DNA from: Asterias rubens
Lineage: Eukaryota
Direction of reading: 5' to 3'
Assembly: GCF_902459465.1 (NCBI RefSeq)
Contig: NC_047073.1
Span: 2,976,001-3,040,000 of the forward strand
Length of the DNA: 64,000 nucleotides
The translations under genes and the position numbers were made by a program. Shown here piece by piece: positions 62,401-64,000 of the stretch (positions within the stretch are counted from its first letter, which is position 1; every line of letters starts with the position of its first letter). The notes under the pieces are model-generated. The model was not told where the DNA came from and did no database searches. It saw only the letters and a program-made list of their open reading frames with translations.

Positions 62401-63087
62401 AATCTGCGGGAGAATAATGAAAGAAAAATGCCTTGAAAAGGCTTCAGGTCTGTAATAATTATTTGAGTGAGAGATTACCTCTTTCTCAAAAACTACGTTA
62501 TTTCAGAGGGAGCCGTTTCTCAAACGTACCGTCTACAACTCTCTATTGCCCGTTTACAAGTAAATTTTATGCCAACGATTATTTTGAGTGATTAACAATA
62601 CTGTCACATTTCCTTGAATTTATACACGGAAATGGTTTGCTCTTAACAGATTGGATATGTTATTGTCACCTTCGTTGTTTGGCTTCGTAAACCGTTCGGC
62701 TTTTAAGATTTGCCAAAACAAACTAAAGCTTTCTTCTGTTAAAATTGTTCGTAAGGCTTCGATTAAAAACAATTATAAAGCATTTATAAAGTGAGCTAAA
62801 CAGTTTTTGCTCGAAGTAATTATCAATTTCGAAGTAAATGCCACAACATAAGAAAGAAAGAAAAAGAAAGGAAACAAAAAACATTTGAAAGGAAAGTAAA
62901 AACATGCTAATAAAGAAACTAGGTAGAGAGTGCTTACCGCAACGGGGTCCAGCTGGTATAGCTTCAAATTCTCCTGCACAACGTCGTTTGGTTGCACACG
63001 TTGCACGACGGACATCATGATAAAAAGCGCCAACATTCGGCACACTTCTTGTCTCGATGGTATTCGAACGGAGAGTTTCAATTCCAT
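35124..63087 (-). CDS. P4HTM: P4HTM-like prolyl 4-hydroxylase, 9 coding exons, 1431 nt / 476 aa
   Basis: complement(join 62938-63087, 50117-50198, 46637-46860, 45188-45477, 39407-39464, 38683-38789, 38012-38102, 36261-36378, 35124-35434). All introns GT-AG with matching phases. Motifs [11 protein letters not shown], two EF-hand loops, [42 protein letters not shown]. Confidence 0.93.
36261..36378 (-). CDS. P4HTM: P4HTM exon 8
   Basis: attaacag|[39 protein letters not shown](G)|gtaatt. Confidence 0.92.
37224..37962. repeat. Large inverted repeat: 104-bp perfect outer arms around two inverted MITE copies
   Basis: 37224-37327 is the exact reverse complement of 37859-37962; inner MITE copies (37321-37552 and 37621-37864) are diverged from each other. 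Confidence 0.9.
38012..38102 (-). CDS. P4HTM: P4HTM exon 7
   Basis: tttaatctcag|(R)[30 protein letters not shown]|gtgagt. Confidence 0.94.
38341..38481. mobile_element. 5' fragment of the main Kolobok-type MITE
   Basis: aggtagtggacactattggtaattactcaaaataat... truncated after tttcgagaaa. Confidence 0.7.
38683..38789 (-). CDS. P4HTM: P4HTM exon 6 (HxD iron ligands)
   Basis: ctctctccattag|[35 protein letters not shown](R)|gtacgc. Confidence 0.94.
39407..39464 (-). CDS. P4HTM: P4HTM exon 5
   Basis: gatatcctcag|(R)[19 protein letters not shown]|gttcgt. Confidence 0.9.
39770..39830 (+). mobile_element. Penelope-like terminal remnant with hammerhead-like core
   Basis: CTGAAGA-aggcccggttaggatc-GAAA-gcta; a similar degenerate copy lies at 51729-51775. 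Confidence 0.5.
39873..39995. repeat. Degenerate minisatellite (aaatgtagccc / gttgtacctaaatgtcgcc units)
   Basis: Repeated aaatgt(a/c)gcc and ttgtacc motifs. Confidence 0.6.
40242..40380. repeat. Imperfect (CAG/CAA)n tract
   Basis: cagcagcagcacagttccagcaacaacagcagcagcggcaacagcagcag... Confidence 0.75.
43441..43940. mobile_element. Kolobok-type element interrupted by a nested hairpin MITE (43585-43740)
   Basis: Starts TTAA-AGAGG. Insert has AATAGACCTTTTCGCAAATACC...GGTATTTGCGATAAGGTCTATT termini. Host body resembles 59300-59590. Confidence 0.55.
45188..45477 (-). CDS. P4HTM: P4HTM exon 4 (EF-hand region)
   Basis: gtttacaaag|VLDAEEVL...[13 protein letters not shown]...[10 protein letters not shown]...LANLQK(R)|gttggt. 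Confidence 0.93.
46637..46860 (-). CDS. P4HTM: P4HTM exon 3
   Basis: cttcttttaaatag|(E)[25 protein letters not shown]...acidic...[10 protein letters not shown]|gtaaag. Confidence 0.93.
46929..47070. mobile_element. Truncated PIF/Harbinger-like MITE abutting another repeat
   Basis: CTG-GGCCCGATTTCAT start; same body as 1557-1760; ends at acactgtaaaaa. Confidence 0.6.
47904..48029. repeat. Tandem 3 x 42-bp repeat inside a Kolobok-type MITE fragment
   Basis: tgtatctcaacatacgcctaaaataacaaacctgtgaaaatt at 47904, 47946 and 47988 (one substitution in the third copy). Confidence 0.9.
48374..48762. mobile_element. Full-length Kolobok-type MITE, main subfamily
   Basis: TTAA-AGGCAGTGGACACTATTGGTAATT ... 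AATTACCAATAGTGTCCACTGTCT-TTTA. Confidence 0.85.
49755..49890 (+). mobile_element. Penelope-like terminal remnant with variant hammerhead-like core
   Basis: CAGAAGA-c-GATCAG agcgta CTGATC-GAAA-CGTC. Downstream catggtgttaccgcaaacc motif recurs at about 31580 and about 41835. Confidence 0.5.
50117..50198 (-). CDS. P4HTM: P4HTM exon 2
   Basis: tttgctcttttcag|[27 protein letters not shown](E)|gtaaga; 82 nt. Confidence 0.88.
52289..52410 (+). mobile_element. tRNA-derived SINE
   Basis: A-box TAGCTCAGTTGG, B-box GGTTCAAATC, non-tRNA 3' extension shared with the copies at 4639 and 54486. Confidence 0.7.
52981..53302. mobile_element. Degenerate Kolobok-type MITE
   Basis: ggtaacgagtaatggggag...ggtctttgataattaccaaaggtgtccagtgcct. 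Confidence 0.7.
54486..54580 (+). mobile_element. tRNA-derived SINE (degenerate)
   Basis: cctcagttgatagagcg...taattctggagatcgttggttaaagtcc...ttgttcaagccc. Confidence 0.5.
56044..56421. mobile_element. Kolobok-type MITE (reverse, degenerate)
   Basis: ctaattgtcaaagact...ccaacagtgtccagtgtct-TTAA. Confidence 0.7.
56940..57095 (-). mobile_element. tRNA-derived SINE, reverse orientation
   Basis: On -, tggcgtggtgg (A-box-like) ... ggtttgaacccc (B-box-like), followed by gggttttccctggag. Confidence 0.5.
57572..57722. mobile_element. PIF/Harbinger-like MITE with CAG duplication
   Basis: CAG-AGCCCAAGTTGAT ... ATCAAGTTGGGCC-CAG. Confidence 0.65.
57880..58184. mobile_element. Internally deleted Kolobok-type MITE
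   Basis: TTAA-AGGCAGTGGATACTATTGG ... CCAATAGTGTCCAGTGTCT-TTAA; lacks part of the body seen in 48374-48762. Confidence 0.85.
59695..59889. repeat. Tandem duplication, 2 x 98 bp
   Basis: aaacatcagtttacggttgcatt...acacgcgtcaagtc at 59695 and 59793, with few substitutions. Confidence 0.9.
62287..62615. mobile_element. Kolobok-type MITE (right end degraded)
   Basis: TTAA-AGGCACCGGACACCTTTGGTAATTGTCAAAGAC... Confidence 0.7.
62938..63087 (-). CDS. P4HTM: P4HTM exon 1
   Basis: [50 protein letters not shown]|gtaagc. Phase 0 joins exon 2 (LDPVA-KGHV); in-frame TGA lies 4 codons upstream of the ATG. Confidence 0.8.
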
Positions 63088-63720
63088 CCTTTCCCGTCAG
63101 TAAAGTTAATCCCGGGGTCTATGGGGGAGATTGCAGGGAGGTTTTCAACCGTTCAACCGTCGTCACGAAGTCATCCTCATTCAAACAAACTCAGTGCACT
63201 GGCTTATTCCTATGTAACGTTCCGGTATTTATACGCACAAATTGATCACCGATGATCTAGTAATGTTTGGGTAGACTTGTTTGACTTGGCCGCGACGTTT
63301 CATCCACGTGACAGCTCACCGTGAGTTGGCGCGCTCTCTCTGTCTCTCACTGCGTCTTTGTTGTAAACCAGAAAGATACCTGTGTGTATGATGATCAGTC
63401 GCCAGCTATCATTAGCGCGTCTTCAGTTTAACGGATCTAAAATGTCACGTTTTACTTCTCTCCCCGGTCGCTGGTGCCACTGCCCTTCGGGATATGCTAA
63501 AATAAAAGAAGGAAACACACGATGAATTATTCCCCCTGGTACTCACACTGCTCGTGTTTCACTTGATGGAGTTACCCACACGCGGTGGACTGATAAACAG
63601 CTCCATTCGTGGGGATAAACCACAGCTCTCCGCAGTGTCGGAGAGACGGCTACGATGACTTGGGTAACAAATCGGCAACACGAAGCCGTTTTTTTTCTTC
63701 AAATAACACACTTGCACGCG
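63088..63720 (-). promoter_or_regulatory. P4HTM 5' UTR / promoter region
   Basis: CpG-richer block upstream of exon 1 with an E-box (CACGTG at about 63306); exact TSS not determinable. Confidence 0.35.
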
Positions 63721-64000
63721 GTTATTTACCATTGGCTGTATATATAATATAGGTATCGGTGTGTGCGGAATTCAAAAGAAGAAGTGGTTGTATTTGGACG
63801 TTTGTCGGGTACAATTGCACTAGAGCGATGCCCGCACAATGAACATCGCTCAGGCGTTTACAATTACATTGTACACCCATTAAACTACAATTTGATCGAC
63901 TGTTACATACAAGAAACAAACAGTAATACGGGTAACTGCCAGGCATGTCAGACTGAATACAACTGGGCAGCATTTCGCTCGCAGAAGTGACTCTGACTCT

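Noticed and set aside
62992-63990. Plus-strand ORFs near the right end as a gene divergent from P4HTM
   Set aside because: No homology and no complete structure within the window.

Overview
AT-rich animal genomic DNA, probably an echinoderm such as a sea star (inferred from the repeat landscape, not verifiable here). Three protein-coding genes can be reconstructed by hand. (1) An intronless c-Jun (AP-1 bZIP) gene on +, 18345-19313. (2) A nucleoredoxin-like NXNL2/RdCVF2 gene on +, with coding exons 29863-30155 and 30549-30702 (148 aa, intact WCPPC site). (3) A 9-exon P4HTM-like prolyl 4-hydroxylase on -, 63087 down to 35124 (476 aa, two EF-hand loops, intact Fe/2OG ligands). The rest is non-coding, with many Kolobok-type (TTAA) and PIF/Harbinger-type MITEs, tRNA-derived SINEs and Penelope-like remnants. 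The most notable signals: the jun proximal promoter reproduces the mammalian c-jun jun2/jun1/MEF2 elements; a spliced, apparently non-coding transcript runs divergently from jun; the NXNL2 coding intron starts with an in-frame stop (RdCVF-like short isoform); P4HTM seems to lack a full transmembrane anchor; a near-740-bp intronic foldback has perfect 104-bp outer arms; and three hammerhead-like motifs lie in P4HTM introns.
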